Made by a program: the position numbers and the translations under genes | Assembly: GCA_964016885.1 (NCBI GenBank) | Contig: OZ024741.1 | Location: 256,246,001-256,310,000, forward strand | DNA: 64,000 bases | Reading direction: 5' to 3' | DNA from: Eledone cirrhosa | Lineage: Eukaryota | The notes under the pieces: generated by a model | Database searches by the model: none | Told to the model about the DNA's origin: nothing | The model's input: only the letters and a program-made list of their open reading frames with translations | Part shown: one piece after another, positions 40,726 through 55,081 of the stretch | How positions within the stretch are numbered: position 1 is the stretch's first letter | How the letters are laid out: every line of letters starts with the position of its first letter

Positions 40726-43700
40726 CGACTTACGAGTGTTCTGACTTTCGAGTATTCTGATTTACGGATGTTTCGACACACGAGTGTTTCGAATTACGAG
40801 TGTTTCGACTTACGAGTGTTTTGACTTACGGGTGTTTTGACATACGAGTGTTTCGACACGAGTGTTTCGACTTATGAGTGTTTCGACTTACGAGTGTTCT
40901 GACTTACGAGTGTTCTGACTTACGAGTGTTCTGATTTACGGATGTTTCGACACACGAGTGTTTCGATACGAGTGTTTCGACTTACGAGTGTTTCGACTTA
41001 TGAGTGTTTCGACTTACGAGTGTTCTGACTTACGAGTGTTCTGACTTACGAGTGTTCCGACTTACGAGTGTTTCGGTTTACGAGTGTTTCGACATACGAG
41101 TGTTTTGACTTACGGGTGTTTCGACTTACGGGTGTTTCGACTTACGAGTGTTTTGGCTTACGAGTGTTTCGACTTACTAATGTTTTTACTTACCAGTGTT
41201 TCGGTGTACGAATGTTTTGACTTAAGGATGTTTCGACTTACGAGTGTTTCGGCTTACGTGAGTTTCGACTTAAGAGTGTTCTGATTTACGAGTGTTCTGA
41301 CTTACGAGTGTTTCGGCTTATGAGTGTTTCGACTTACGAGTGTTTCGGCTTACGAGTGTTTCGAATTATGGGTGTTTCGACTTACGAGTGTTTTTACTTA
41401 CGGTGTTTCGGCTTAAGAGTGTTTCGACATACGAGTGTTTTGACTTACGGGTGTTTCGGCTTACGAGTGTTTCGACTTACGAGTGTTTCGGCTTACGAGT
41501 GTTTCGACTTACTAATGTTTTTACTTACGAGTGTTTCGGCGTACGAGAGTTTTGACTTACGAGTGTTTCGACTTACGAGTGTTTTGACTTACGAATGTTT
41601 TGACTTACGGGTGTTTCGGCTTATGAGTGTTTCGACTTACGAGTGTTTCGGCTTACGAGTGTTTCGACTTACTAATGTTTTTACTTACGAGTGTTTCGGC
41701 GTACGAGTGTTTCGACTTACGAGTGTTTCGACTTACGGGTGTTTTGACTTACGGGTGTTTCGGCTTACGAGTGTTTCGACTAACGAGTGTTTTGACTTAC
41801 GGGTGTTTCGACTTACGAGTATTTTTGGCTTACGAGTGTTTCGACTTACGAGTGTTTTGACTTACGAGTGTTCTGATTTACGGATGTTTCGACATACGAG
41901 TGTTTCGACATACGAGTGTTTCGACTTATGAGTGTTTCGACTTACGAGTGTTTCGGCTTACGAGTGTTTCGACTTACGAGTGTTTTGACTTACGGTGTTT
42001 CGGCTTACGAGTGTTTCGACTTACGAGTGTTTTGACTTACGGGTGTTTTGACATACGAGTGTTTCGATACGAGTGTTCTGACTTACGAGTGTTCTGACTT
42101 ACGAGTGTTCTGACTTACGAGTGTTTTGACTTACGAGTGTTCTGACTTACGAGTGTTCCGACTTACGAGTGTTCCGACTTACGAGTGTTTCGGCTTACGA
42201 GTGTTTCCGGCTTACGAGTGTTTCGACTTCCGAGTGTTTTGACTTACGGGTGATTTGACTTACGGGTGTTGTGAATTACGAGTGTTCCGATTTACGAGTG
42301 TTTTGACTTACGGTGTTTCGGCTTACGCGTGATTCGACTTACGAATGTTTTGACTTACGGGTGTTTCGGCTTGCGAGTGTTTCGACTTACGAGTGTTTCG
42401 GCTTATGGGTGTTTCGACTTACTAATGTTTTTACTTACGAGTGTTTCGGCGTACGAGTGTTTTGACTTACGAGTGTTTTGACTTACGAGTGTTTCGACTT
42501 ACGAGTGTTTCGACTTAAGAGTGTTCTGATTTACGAGTGTTCTGACTTGCGGGTGTTCTGATTTACGAGTGTTCCGACTTACGAGTGCTTCGGCTTATTA
42601 GTGTTTCGACTTACGAGTGTTTCGGCTTACGAGTGTTTCGACTTATGGGTGTTTCGACTTACGAGTGTTTTTACTTACGGTGTTTCGGCTTACGAGTGTT
42701 TCGACATACGAGTGTTTTGACTTACGGGTGTTTCGACTTACGAGTGTTTTGACTTACGAATGTTTTGACTTACGGGTGTCTCGGCTTACGAGTGTTTCGA
42801 CTTACGAGTGTTTCGGCTTACGAGTGTTTCGACTTACTAATGTTCTTACTTACGAGTGTTTCGGCGTACGAGAGTTTTGACTTACGAGTGTTTCGACTTA
42901 CGAGTGTTTCGACTTACGAGTGTTTTGACTTACGAATGTTTTGACTTACGGGTGTTTCGGCTTACGAGTGTTTCGACTTACGAGTCTTTCGGCTTACGAG
43001 TGTTTCGACTTACTAATGTTTTTACTTACGAGTGTTTCGGCGTACGAGTGTTTCGACTTACGAGTGTTTCGACTTACGGGTGTTTTGACTTACGGGTGTT
43101 TCGGCTTACGAGTGTTTTGACTTACGAGTGTTTTGACTTAAGGGTGTTTCGACTTACGAGTATTTTTGGCTTACGAGTGTTTCGACTTACGAGTGTTTTG
43201 ACTTACGAGTGTTCTGATTTACGGATGTTTCGACATACGAGTGTTTCGACTTACGAGTGTTTCGACTTATGAGTGTTTCGACTTACGAGTGTTTCGGCTT
43301 ATGAGTGTTTCGACTTACGAGTGCTTCGGCTTACGAGTGTTTCGACTTACGAGTATTTCGGCTTACGAGTGTTTCGACGTACGAATGTTTTGGCTTACGA
43401 GTGTTTCGGCTTATGAGTGTTTCGGCTTACGAGTGTTTCGACTTACGAGTGTTTCGGCTTACGAGTGTTTCAGTGTTTCGGCTTACGTGTGTTTCGACTT
43501 ACGAGTGTTTCGACTTACGACTGTTTCGGCTTACGAGTGTTTCGGCTTACGAGTGTTTCGGCTTACGAGTGTTTTGACTTACGAGTGTTTTGACTTACGA
43601 TTGTTTGGCTTACGAGTGTTCTGACTTGCGGGTGTTCTGATTTACGAGTGTTCCGACTTACGAGTGTTTCGGCTTATGAGTGTTTCGGCTTACGAGTGTT

Positions 43701-44183
43701 TCGACTTACTAATGTTCTTACTTACGAGTGTTTCGGCGTACGAGAGTTTTGACTTACGAGTGTTTCGACTTACGAGTGTTTCGACTTACGAGTGTTTTGA
43801 CTTACGAATGTTTTGACTTACGGGTGCTTCGGCTTACGAGTGTTTCGACTTACGAGTCTTTCGGCTTACGAGTGTTTCGGCGTACGAGTGTTTCGACTTA
43901 CGTGTGTTTCGACTTACGTGTGTTTCGACTTACGGATGTTTTGTCTTACGGGTGTTTCGGCTTACGAGTGTTTTGACTTACGAGTGTTTTGACTTAAGGG
44001 TGTTTCGACTTACGAGTATTTTTGGCTTACGAGTGTTTCGACTTACGAGTGTTTTGAATTACGAATGTTCTGATTTACGGATGTTTCGACATACGAGTGT
44101 TTCGACTTACGAGTGTTTCGACTTATGAGTGTTTCGGCTTACGAGTGTTTCGACTTACGAGTGTTTTGACTTACGGGTGTTTT

Positions 44184-47100
44184 GACATACGAGTGTTTCG
44201 ATACGAGTGTTCTGACTTACGAGGGTTCTGACTTACGTGTGTTTTGACTTACGAGTGTTCTGACTTACGAGTGTTCCGACTTACGAGTGTTCCGACTTAA
44301 GAGTGTTTCGGCTTACGAGTGTTTCCGGCTTACGAGTGTTTCGACTTACGAGTGTTTTGACTTACGGGTGTTGTGAATTACGGGTGTTGTGAATTACGAG
44401 TGTTCCGATTTACGAGTGTTTCGGCTTATGAGTGTTTCGACTTACGAGTGTTTCGGCTTACGAGTGTTTCGACTTATGGGTGTTTCGACTTACGAGTGTT
44501 TTTACTTACGGTGTTTCGGCTTACGAGTGTTTCGACATACGAGTGTTCAGACTTACGAGTGTTCCGACTTACGAGCATTCCGACTTACGAGTGTTTTGAC
44601 TTACGGGTGTTGTGAATTACGGGTGTTGTGAATTACGAGTGTTTCGGCGTATGAGTGTTTTGACTTACGAGTGTTTCGACTTACGAGTGTTTCGACTTCC
44701 GAGTGTTTCGAATTACGAGTGTTTCGACTTACGAGTGTTTTGACTTACGAGTGTTTTGACTTCGGTGTTTCTGCTTACGAGTGTTTCGACTTACGAGTGT
44801 TATGACTTACGGGTGTTTTCACATACGAGTGTTTCGACTTACGAGTGTTTTGACTTACGGGTGTTTTGACATACGAGTGTTTCGATACGAGTGTTCTGAC
44901 TTACGAGTGTTCTGACTTACGAGTGTTCTGACTTACGAGTGTTTCGACATACGAGTGTTTTGACTTACGGGTGTTTCGACTTACGAGTGTTTTCACATAC
45001 GAATGTTTTGACTTACGGGTGTTTCGGCTTACGAGTGTTTCGACTTACGAGTGTTTCGGCTTACGAGTGTTTCGATTTACTAATATTTTTACTTACGAGT
45101 GTTTCGGCGTACGAGAGTTTTGACTTACGAGTGTTTCGACTTACGAGTGTTTCGACTTACGAGTATTTTGCCTTACGAATGTTTTGACTTACGGGTGTTT
45201 CGGCTTACGAGTGTTTCGACTTACGAGTCTTTCGGCTTACGAGTGTTTCGACTTACTAATGTTTTTACTTACGAGTGTTTCGGCGTACGAGTGTTTCGAC
45301 ATCCGAGTGTTTCGACTTACGGGTGTTTTGACTTACGGGTGTATCGGCTTACGAGTGTTTTGACTTACGAGTGTTTTGACTTAAGGGTGTTTCGACTTAC
45401 GAGTATTTTTGGCTTACGAGTGATTCGACTTACGAGTGTTTTGACTTAAGAGTCTTCTGATTTACGGATGTTTCGACATACGAGTGTTTCGACTTACGAG
45501 TGTTTCGACTTATGAGTGTTTCGACTTACGAGTGTTTCGACTTACGAGTGTTTCGGCTTGTGATTGTTTCGACTTACGAGTGTTTTGACTTACGGTGTTT
45601 CAGCTTACGAGTGTTTCGACTTACGAGTGTTTTGACTTACGGGTGTTTTGACATACGAGTGTTTCGATACGAGTGTTCTGACTTACGAGTGTTCTGACTT
45701 ACGAGTGTTTTGACTTACGAGTGTTCTGACTTACGAGTGTTCCGACTTACGAGTGTTCCGACTTACGAGTGTTTCGGCTTACGAGTGTTTTGACTTAAGG
45801 GTGTTTCGACTTACGAGTGTTTCGATACGAGTGTTTCGACTTACGAGTGTTTCGGCTTACGAGTGTTTCGACTTACGAGTGTTTCGACTTACGAGTGTTC
45901 CGACTTACGGGTGTTTCGACTTACGAGTGTTTTGGCTTACGGTGTTTCGACTTACGAGTGTTTCGAGTTAAGAGTGTTTTGACTTACGAGTGTTCTGATT
46001 TACGAGTGTTCTGACTTACGAGTGTTCTGACTTACGAGTGTTCCGACTTACGGGTGTTTCGACTTACGAGTGGTTTGGCTTACGGTGTTTCGGCTTACGA
46101 GTGTTTCGAGTTACGAGTGTTTTGACTTACGCGTGTTTTGACATACGAGTGTTTCGATACGAGTGTTCTGACTTACGAGTGTTCTGACTTACGAGTGTTC
46201 TGACTTACGAGTGTTCCGACTTTACGAGTGTTTCGGCTCACGAGTGTTTCGGCTTACGAGTGTTTCGACTTACGAAAATAACAAATAGACGCGGTTTCAA
46301 ATCTCTATGAATTTAAAATTCATTACATTAATCTTTATTTATACGTTTCGCTTTACGAGTGTTTCGACTTACGAGTGTTTCGACATACGAGTTATTCGAC
46401 TTCCGAATGTTTTTGCTTACGGGTGTTTCGACTTACGAATGTTTCGGCTTACGAGTGTTTCGGCTTACGTCTGTTCCGACTTAGGAGTGTTTCGGCTTAC
46501 GGGTATTTCCGGCTTACGAGAGTTTCGACTTACGAGTGTTTCGACTTTAGAGTGTTTTGACTTACGGTGTTTCGGCTTACGAGTGATTCGACTTACGAGT
46601 GTTTTGACTTACGGGTGTTTTGACTTACGGGTGTTGTGAATTACCAGTGTTCCGATTTACGAGTGTTTTGACTTACGGTGTTACGGTTTGCGAGTGTTTC
46701 GACTTACGAGTGTTTCGGCTTATGAGTGTTTCGACTTACTAATGTTTTTACTTACGAGTGTTTCGGCGTACGAGTGTTTTGACATACGAGTGTTTCGATA
46801 CGAGTGTTCTGACTTACGAGTGTTCTGACTTACGTGTGTTTTGACTTACGAGTGTTCTGACTTACGAGTGTTCCGACTTACGAGTGTTCCGACTTAAGAG
46901 TGTTTCGGCTTACGAGTGTTTCCGGCTTACGAGTGTTTCGACTTACGAGTGTTTTGACTTACGGGTGTTGTGATTTACGGGTGTTGTGAATTACGAGTGT
47001 TCCGATTTACGAGTGTTTCGGCTTATGAGTGTTTCGACTTACGAGTGTTTCGGCTTACGAGTGTTTCGACTTATGGGTGTTTCGACTTACGAGTGTTTTT

Positions 47101-48621
47101 ACTTACGGTGTTTCGGCTTACGAGTGTTTCGACATACGAGTGTTCAGACTTACGAGTGTTCCGACTTACGAGCGTTCCGACTTACGAGTGTTTTGACTTA
47201 CGGGTGTTGTGAATTACGGGTGTTGTGAATTACGAGTGTTTCGGCGTATGAGTGTTTTGACTTACGAGTGTTTCGACTTACGAGTGTTTCGACTTACGAG
47301 TGTTTCGAATTACGAGTGTTTCGACTTACGAGTGTTTTGAATTACGAGTGTTTTGACTTCGGTGTTTCTGCTTACGAGTGTTTCGACTTACGAGTGTTAT
47401 GACTTACGGGTGTTTTCACATACGAGTGTTTCGACTTACGAGTGTTTTGACTTACGGGTGTTTTGACATACGAGTGTTTCGATACGAGTGTTCTGACTTA
47501 CGAGTGTTCTGACTTACGAGTGTTCTGACTTACGAGTGTTTCGACATACGAGTGTTTTGACTTACGGGTGTTTCGACTTACGAGTGTTTTCACTTACGAA
47601 TGTTTTGGCTTACGGGTGTTTCGGCTTACGAGTGTTTCGACTTACGAGTGTTTCGGCTTACGAGTGTTTCGATTTACTAATATTTTTACTTACGAGTGTT
47701 TCGGCGTACGAGAGTTTTGACTTACGAGTGTTTCGACTTACGAGTGTTTCGACTTACGAGTATTTTGACTTACGAATGTTTTGACTTACGGGTGTTTCGG
47801 CTTACGAGTATTTCGACTTACGAGTCTTTCGGCTTACGAGTGTTTCGACTTACTAATGTTTTTACTTACGAGTGTTTCGACTTCCGAGTGTTTCGACTTA
47901 CGGGTGTTTTGACTTACGGGCGTATCGGCTTACGAGTGTTTTGACTTACGAGTGTTTTGACTTAAGGGTGTTTCGACTTACGAGTATTTTTGGCTTACGA
48001 GTGTTTCGACTTACGAGTGTTTTGACTTACGAGTCTTCTGATTTACGGATGTTTCGACATACGAGTGTTTCGACTTACGAGTGTTTCGACTTATGAGTGT
48101 TTCGACTTACGAGTGTTTCGACTTACGAGTGTTTCGGCTTGTGATTGTTTCGACTTACGAGTGTTTTGACTTACGGTGTTTCAGCTTACGAGTGTTTCGA
48201 CTTACGAGTGTTTTGACTTACGGGTGTTTTGACATACGAGTGTTTCGATACGAGTGTTCTGACTTACGAGTGTTCTGACTTACGAGTGTTTTGACTTACG
48301 AGTGTTCTGACTTACGAGTGTTCCGACTTACGAGTGTTCCGACTTACGAGTGTTTCGGCTTACGAGTGTTTTGACTTAAGGGTGTTTCGACTTACGAGTG
48401 TTTCGATACGAGTGTTTCGACTTACGAGTGTTTCGGCTTACGAGTGTTTCGACTTACGAGTGTTTCGACTTACGAGTGTTCCGACTTACGGGTGTTTCGA
48501 CTTACGAGTGTTTTGGCTTACGGTGTTTCGACTTACGAGTGTTTCGAGTTAAGAGTGTTTTGACTTACGAGTGTTCTGATTTACGAGTGTTCTGACTTAC
48601 GAGTGTTCTGACTTACGAGTG
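44184..48621 (+). repeat. Higher-order duplicate: ~44184-46040 repeated at ~46781-48621 (offset 2597, then 2581)
   Basis: Offsets 44373>46970, 44939>47536, 45500>48081; shared GTTCAGAC and GAGTCTTCTG variants; several substitutions between copies. Confidence 0.87.
46275..46344. repeat. 70-bp element copy 10, subtype C
   Basis: Matches copy 8. Confidence 0.97.
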
Positions 48622-48714
48622 TTCTGACTTACGAGTGTTCTGACTTACGAGTGTTCCGACTTTACGAGTGTTTCGGCTCACGAGTGTTTCGGCTTACGAG
48701 TGTTTCGACTTACG

Positions 48715-48784
48715 AAAATAACAAATAGACGCGGTTTCAAATCTCTATGCTTTTCAAATTCATTACATTAATCTTTATTTATAC
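48715..48784. repeat. 70-bp element copy 11, subtype A
   Basis: Matches copy 1. Confidence 0.97.
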
Positions 48785-49466
48785 GTTTCGCTTTACGAGT
48801 GTTTCGACTTACGAATGTTTTTGCTTACGAGTGTTTCGGTTTACGAGTGTTCCGACTTACGAGTGTTCCGACTTACGAGTGTTTCGGCTTACGAGTGTTT
48901 CCGGCTTACGAGTGTTTCAACTTACGAGTGTTCTGACTTACGAGTGTTCTGATTTACGGATGTTTCGACACACGAGTGTTTCGAATTACGAGTGTTTCGA
49001 CTTACGAGTGTTTTGACTTACGAGTGTTTCGATACGAGTGTTTCGACTTACGAGTGTTCTGACTTACGAGTGTTCTGACTTACGAGTGTTCTGACTTACG
49101 AGTGTTCTTACTTACGAGTGTTCCGACTTACGAGTGTTCCGACTTACGAGTGTTTCGGCATACGAGTGTTTCGGCTTACGAGTGTTTCGACTTACGAATG
49201 TTTAGACTTACGAGTGTTCCGACTTACGGGTGTTTCGACTTACGAGTGTTTTGGCTTACGGTGTTTCGGCTTACGAGTGTTTCGAGTTACGAGTGTTTTA
49301 ACTTACACGTGGTTTGACATACGAGTGTTTCGATACGAGTGTTCTGACTTACGAGTGTTCTGACTTACGAGTGTTCTGACTTACGAGTGTTCTGACTTAC
49401 GAGTGTTCCGACTTTACGAGTGTTTCGGCTCACGAGTGTTTCGGCTTACGAGTGTTTCGACTTACG

Positions 49467-49536
49467 AAAATAACAAATAGACGCGGTTTCAAATCTCTAT
49501 GCTTTTCAAATTCATTACATTAATCTTTATTTATAC
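49467..49536. repeat. 70-bp element copy 12, subtype A
   Basis: Matches copy 1; 752 bp after copy 11. Confidence 0.97.
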
Positions 49537-51215
49537 GTTTCGCTTTACGAGTGTTTCGACTTACGAGTGTTTCGACATACGAGTGTTTCGGCTTACGAGT
49601 GTTTTGATTTACGAGTGTTTTGACTTACGGGTGCTTCGACTTACGCGTGTTTCGACTTACGAGTGTTTCGACTTACGAGTGTTTCGACTTACGAGTGTTT
49701 CGGCTTACGAGTGTTTTGACTTACGAATGTTTTGACTTACGAGTGTTTCGGCTTACGAGTGTTTCGACTTACGAGTGTTCTGACTACGAGTGTTCTGACT
49801 TACGGGTGTTCTGACTTACGAGTGTTCCGACTTACGAGTGTTTCGGCTTATGAGTGTTTCGACTTACGAGTGCTTCGACTTACGAGTGTTTCGGCTTACG
49901 GGTGTTTCGACTTACGAATGTTTTTGCTTACGAGTGTTTCGGCTTACGAGTGTTTCGGCTTATGAGTGTTTCGACTTACGAGTGTTTTGACTTACGGGTG
50001 ATTTGACATACGAGTGTTTCGATACGATTGTTCTGACTTACGAGTGTTTTCGCTTACGAGTGTTTCGGCTTACGAGTGTTTCGACTTACTAATGTTTTTG
50101 CTTACGAGTGTTTCGGTGTACGAGTGTTTCGACTTAAGGATGTTTCGACTTACGAGTGTTTCGACTTACGAGTGTTTCGACTTACGAGTGTTTCGACTTA
50201 CGAGTGTTTTGGCTTACGAATGTTTTGATTTACGGGTGTTTCGACTTACGAGTGTTTCGGCTTATGAGTGTTTCGACTTACGGGCGTTTCGACTTACGGG
50301 TGTTTCGACTTACGAGTGTTTTGGCTTACGAATGTTTTGACTTACGGGTGTTTCGACTTACGAGTGTTTCGACTTATGAGTGTTTCGACTTACGAGTGTT
50401 TCGGCTTATGAGTGTTTCGACTTACGAGTGCTTCGGCTTACGAGTGTTTCGACTTACGAGTATTTCGGCTTACGAGTGTTTCGACGTACGAATGTTTTGG
50501 CTTACGAGTGTTTCGGCTTATGAGTGTTTCGGCTTACGAGTGTTTCGACTTACGAGTGTTTCGGCTAACGAGTGTTTCAGTGTTTCGGCTTACGTGTGTT
50601 TCGACTTACGAGTGTTTCGACTTACGACTGTTTCGACTTACGAGTGTTTCGGCTTACGAGTGTTTCGGCTTACGAGTGTTTTGACTTACGATTGTTTGGC
50701 TTACGAGTGTTCTGACTTACGGGTGTTCTGACTTACGAGTGTTCCGACTTACGAGTGTTTTGGCTTATGAGGGTTTCGACTTACGAGTGCTTCGGCTTAC
50801 GAGTGTTTCGACTTACGAGTGTTTCGGCTTGCGAGTGTTTCGACTTACGAGTGTTTCGACTTACGAGTGTTTCGACTTACGAGTGTTTCGAATTACGAGT
50901 GTTTCGACTTACGAGTGTTTTGACTTACGAGTGTTTTGACTTACGGTGTTTCTGCTTACGAGTGTTTCGACTTACGAGTGTTATGACTTACGGGTGTTTT
51001 GACATACGAGTGTTTCGACTTACGAGTGTTTTGACTTACGGGTGTTTTGACATACGAGTGTTTCGATACGAGTGTTCTGACTTACGAGTGTTCTGACTTA
51101 CGAGTGTTCTGACTTTCGAGTGTTCTGACTTACGAGTGTTCTGACTTACGAGTGTTCCGACTTTACGAGTGTTTCGGTTCACGAGTGTTTCGGCTTACGA
51201 GTGTTTCGACTTACG

Positions 51216-51285
51216 AAAATAACATATAGACGCGGTTTCAAATCTCTTTGCTTTTCAAATTCATTACATTAATCTTTATTTATAC
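51216..51285. repeat. 70-bp element copy 13, subtype A with two private substitutions
   Basis: AACATATAG instead of AACAAATAG and CTCTTTGC instead of CTCTATGC. Confidence 0.96.
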
Positions 51286-54200
51286 GTTTCGCTTTACGAG
51301 TGTTTCGACTTACGAGTGTTTCGACATACGAGTGTTTCGGCTTACGAGTGTTTTGATTTACGAGTGTTTTGACTTACGGGTGCTTCGACTTACGCGTGTT
51401 TCGACTTACGAGTGTTTCGACTTACGAGTGTTTCGACTTACGAGTGTTTCGGCTTACGAGTGTTTTGACTTACGAATGTTTTGACTTACGATTGTTTCGG
51501 CTTACGAGTGTTTCGACTTACGAGTGTTCTGACTACGAGTGTTCTGACTTACGGGTGTTCTGACTTACGAGTGTTCCGACTTACGAGTGTTTCGACTTAC
51601 GAGTGTTTCGGCTTACGGGTGTTTCGACTTACGAATGTTTTTGATTACGAGTGTTTCGGCTTACGAGTGTTTCGGCTTATGAGTGTTTCGACTTACGAGT
51701 GTTTTGACTTACGGGTGTTTTGACATACGAGTGTTTCGATACGATTGTTCTGACTTACGAGTGTTTCCGCTTACGAGTGTTTCGGCTTACGAGTGTTTCG
51801 ACTTACTAATGTTTTTACTTACGAGTGTTTCGGTGTACGAGTGTTTCGACTTAAGGATGTTTCAACTTACGAGTGTTTCGACTTACGAGTGTTTCGACTT
51901 ACGAGTGTTTCGACTTACGAGTGTTTTGGCTTACGAATGTTTTGACTTACGGGTGTTTCGACTTACGAGTGTTTCGGCTTATGAGTGTTTCGACTTACGG
52001 GCGTTTCGACTTACGGGTGTTTCGATTTAAGAGTGTTTTGGCTTACGAATGTTTTGACTTACGGGTGTTTCGACTTCCGAGTGTTTCGACTTATGAGTGT
52101 TTCGACTTACGAGTGTTTCGGCTTATGAGTGTTTCGACTTACGAGTGCTTCGGCTTACGAGTGTTTCGACTTACGAGTATTTCGGCTTACGAGTTTTTCG
52201 ACGTACGAATGTTTTGGCTTACGAGTGTTTCGGCTTATGAGTGTTTCGGCTTACGAGTGTTTCGACTTACGAGTGTTTCGGCTTACGTGTGTTTCGACTT
52301 ACGAGTGTTTCGACTTACGACTGTTTCGGCTTACGAGTGTTTCGGCTTACGAGTGTTTCGGCTTACGAGTGTTCTGACTTACGGGTATTCTGACTTACGA
52401 GTGTTCCGACTTACGAGTGTTTCGGCTTATGAGGGTTTCGACTTACGAGTGCTTCGGCTTACGAGTGTTTCGACTTACGAGTGTTTCGACTTACGAGTGT
52501 TTCGACTTACGAGTGTTTCGACTTACGAGTGTTTTGACTTACGGTGTTTCGGCTTACGAGTGTTTCGACATACGAGTGTTTTGACGTACGGGTGTTTCGA
52601 CTTACGGGTCTTTCGACTTAAGAGTGTTTCGACTTACGAGCGCTTCGACTTACGAGTGTTTCGACTTACGAGTGTTTCGGCGTATGAGTGTTTTGACTTA
52701 CGAGTGTTTCGACTTACGAGTGTTTCGACTTACGAGAGTTTCGAATTACGAGTGTTTCGACTTACGAGTGTTTTGACTTACGAGTGTTTTGACTTACGGT
52801 GTTTCTGCTCACGAGTGTTTCGACTTACGAGTGTTATGACTTACGGGTGATTTGACATACGAGTGTTTCGACTTACGAGTGTTTTGACTTACGGGTGTTT
52901 TGACATACAAGTGTTTCGATACGAGTGTTCTGACTTACGAGTGTTCTGACTTACGAGTGTTCTGACTTACGAGTGTTTCGACATACGAGTGTTTTGACTT
53001 ACGGGTTTTTCGACTTACGAGTGTTTTGACTTACGAATGTTTTGACTTACGGGTGTTTCGGCTTACGAGTGTTTCGACTTACGAGTGTTTCGGCTTACGA
53101 GTGTTTCGACTTATTAATGTTTTTACTTACGAGTGTTTCGGCGTACGAGAGTTTTGACTTACGAGTGTTTCGACTTACGAGTGTTTTGAATTACGAGTGT
53201 TTTGACTTAAGGGTGTTTCGACTTACGAGTATTTTTAGCTTACGAGTGTTTCGACTTACGAGTGTTTTGACTTACGAGTTTTCTGATTTACGGATGTTTC
53301 GACATACGAGTGTTTCGACTTACGAGTGTTTCGACTTATGAGTGTTTCGACTTACGAGTGTTTCGACTTACGAGTGTTTCGGCTTATGATTGTTTCGACT
53401 TACGAGTGTTTTGACTTACGGTGTTTCAGCTTACGAGTGTTTCGACTTACGAGTGTTTTGACTTACGGGTGTTTTGACATACGAGTGTTTCGATACGAGT
53501 GTTCTGACTTACGAGTGTTCTGACTTACGAGTGTTCCGACTTACGAGTGTTCCGACTTACGAGTGTTTCGGCTTACGAGTGTTTCCGGCTTACGAGTGTT
53601 TCGACTTACGAGTGTTTTGACTTTCGGTGTTTCGGCTTACGAGTGTTTCGACTTACGAGTGTTTTGACTTACGGGTGTTTTGACTTACGGGTGTTGTGAA
53701 TTACGAGTGTTCCGATTTACGAGTGTTTTGACTTACGGTGTTTCGGCTTACGAGTGATTCGACTTACGAATGTTTTGACTTACGGGTGTTTCGGCTTGCG
53801 AGTGTTTCGACTTACGAGTGTTTCGGCTTATGAGTGTTTCGACTTACTAATGTTTTTACTTACGAGTGTTCTGACTTACGACTGTTCCGACTTACGAGTG
53901 TTCCGACTTACGAGTGTTTCCGGCTTACGAGTGTTTCGACTTACGAGTGTTTCGACTTACGAGTGTTTTGACTTACGGTGTTTCGACTTACGAGTGATTC
54001 GACTTACGAGTGTTTTGACTTACGGGTGTTTTGACTTACGGGTGTTGTGAATTACGAGTGTTCCGATTTACGAGTGTTTTGACTTACGGTGTTTCGGCTT
54101 ACGAGTGATTCGACTTACGAATGTTTTGACTTACGGGTGTTTCGGCTTGCTAGTGTTTCGACTTACGAGTGTTTCGGCTTATGAGTGTTTCGACTTACTA

Positions 54201-55011
54201 CTGTTTTTACTTACGAGTGTTTCGGCGTACGAGTGTTTTGACTTACGAGTGTTTCGAATTACGAGTGTTTTGACTTACGAATGTTTTGACATACGGGTGT
54301 TTCGGCTTACGAGTGTTTCGACTTACGAGTGTTTCGGCTTGCGAGTGTTTCGACTTACTAATGTTTTTACTTACGAGTTTTTCGGCGTACGAGTGTTTCG
54401 ACTTACGAGTGTTTCGACTTACGGGTGTTTTGACTTAAGGGTGTTTCGACTTACAAGTGTTTCGACTTACGAGTGTTTCGACTTACGAGTGTTCTGACTT
54501 ACGAGTGTTCTGATTTACGGATGTTTCGACATACGAGTGTTTCGACTTACGAATGTTTCGACTTACGAGTGTTTTGACTTACGGGTGTTTTGACATACGA
54601 GTATTTCGATACGAGTGTTTCGACTTACGAGTGTTCTGACTTACGAGTGTTCTGACTTACGAGTGTTCTGACTTACAAGTGTTCTGATTTACGAGTGTTC
54701 CGACTTACGAGTGTTTCGGCTTACGAGTGTTTCGGCTTACGAGTGTTTCGACTTACGAGTGTTTCGACTTACGAGTGTTCCGACTTACGGGTGTTTCGAC
54801 TTACGAGTGGTTTGGCTTACGGTGTTTCGGCTTACGAGTGTTTCGAGTTACGAGTGTTTTGACTTACGCGTGTTTTGACATACGAGTGTTTCGATACGAG
54901 TGTTCTGACTTACGAGTGTTCTGACTTACGAGTGTTCTGACTTACGAGTGTTCCGACTTTACGAGTGTTTCGGCTCACGAGTGTTTCGGCTTACGAGTGT
55001 TTCGACTTACG

Positions 55012-55081
55012 AAAATGACAAATAGACGCGGTTTCAAATCTCTATGAATTTCAAATTCATTACATTAATCTTTATTTATAC
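55012..55081. repeat. 70-bp element copy 14, subtype B with AAAATGAC start
   Basis: GAAAATGACAAATAGACGCGG...ATGAATTTCAAATTCAT. Confidence 0.97.

Larger units (their letters stand above)
25528..42025 (+). repeat. Near-perfect tandem duplication, 8245-bp unit (~25528-33772 and ~33773-42025)
   Basis: Every ORF from 25616 to 33655 recurs at +8245 (33861 to 41900); one difference seen (CGACTTATGG ~33117 vs CGAATTATGG ~41362). Confidence 0.95.
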
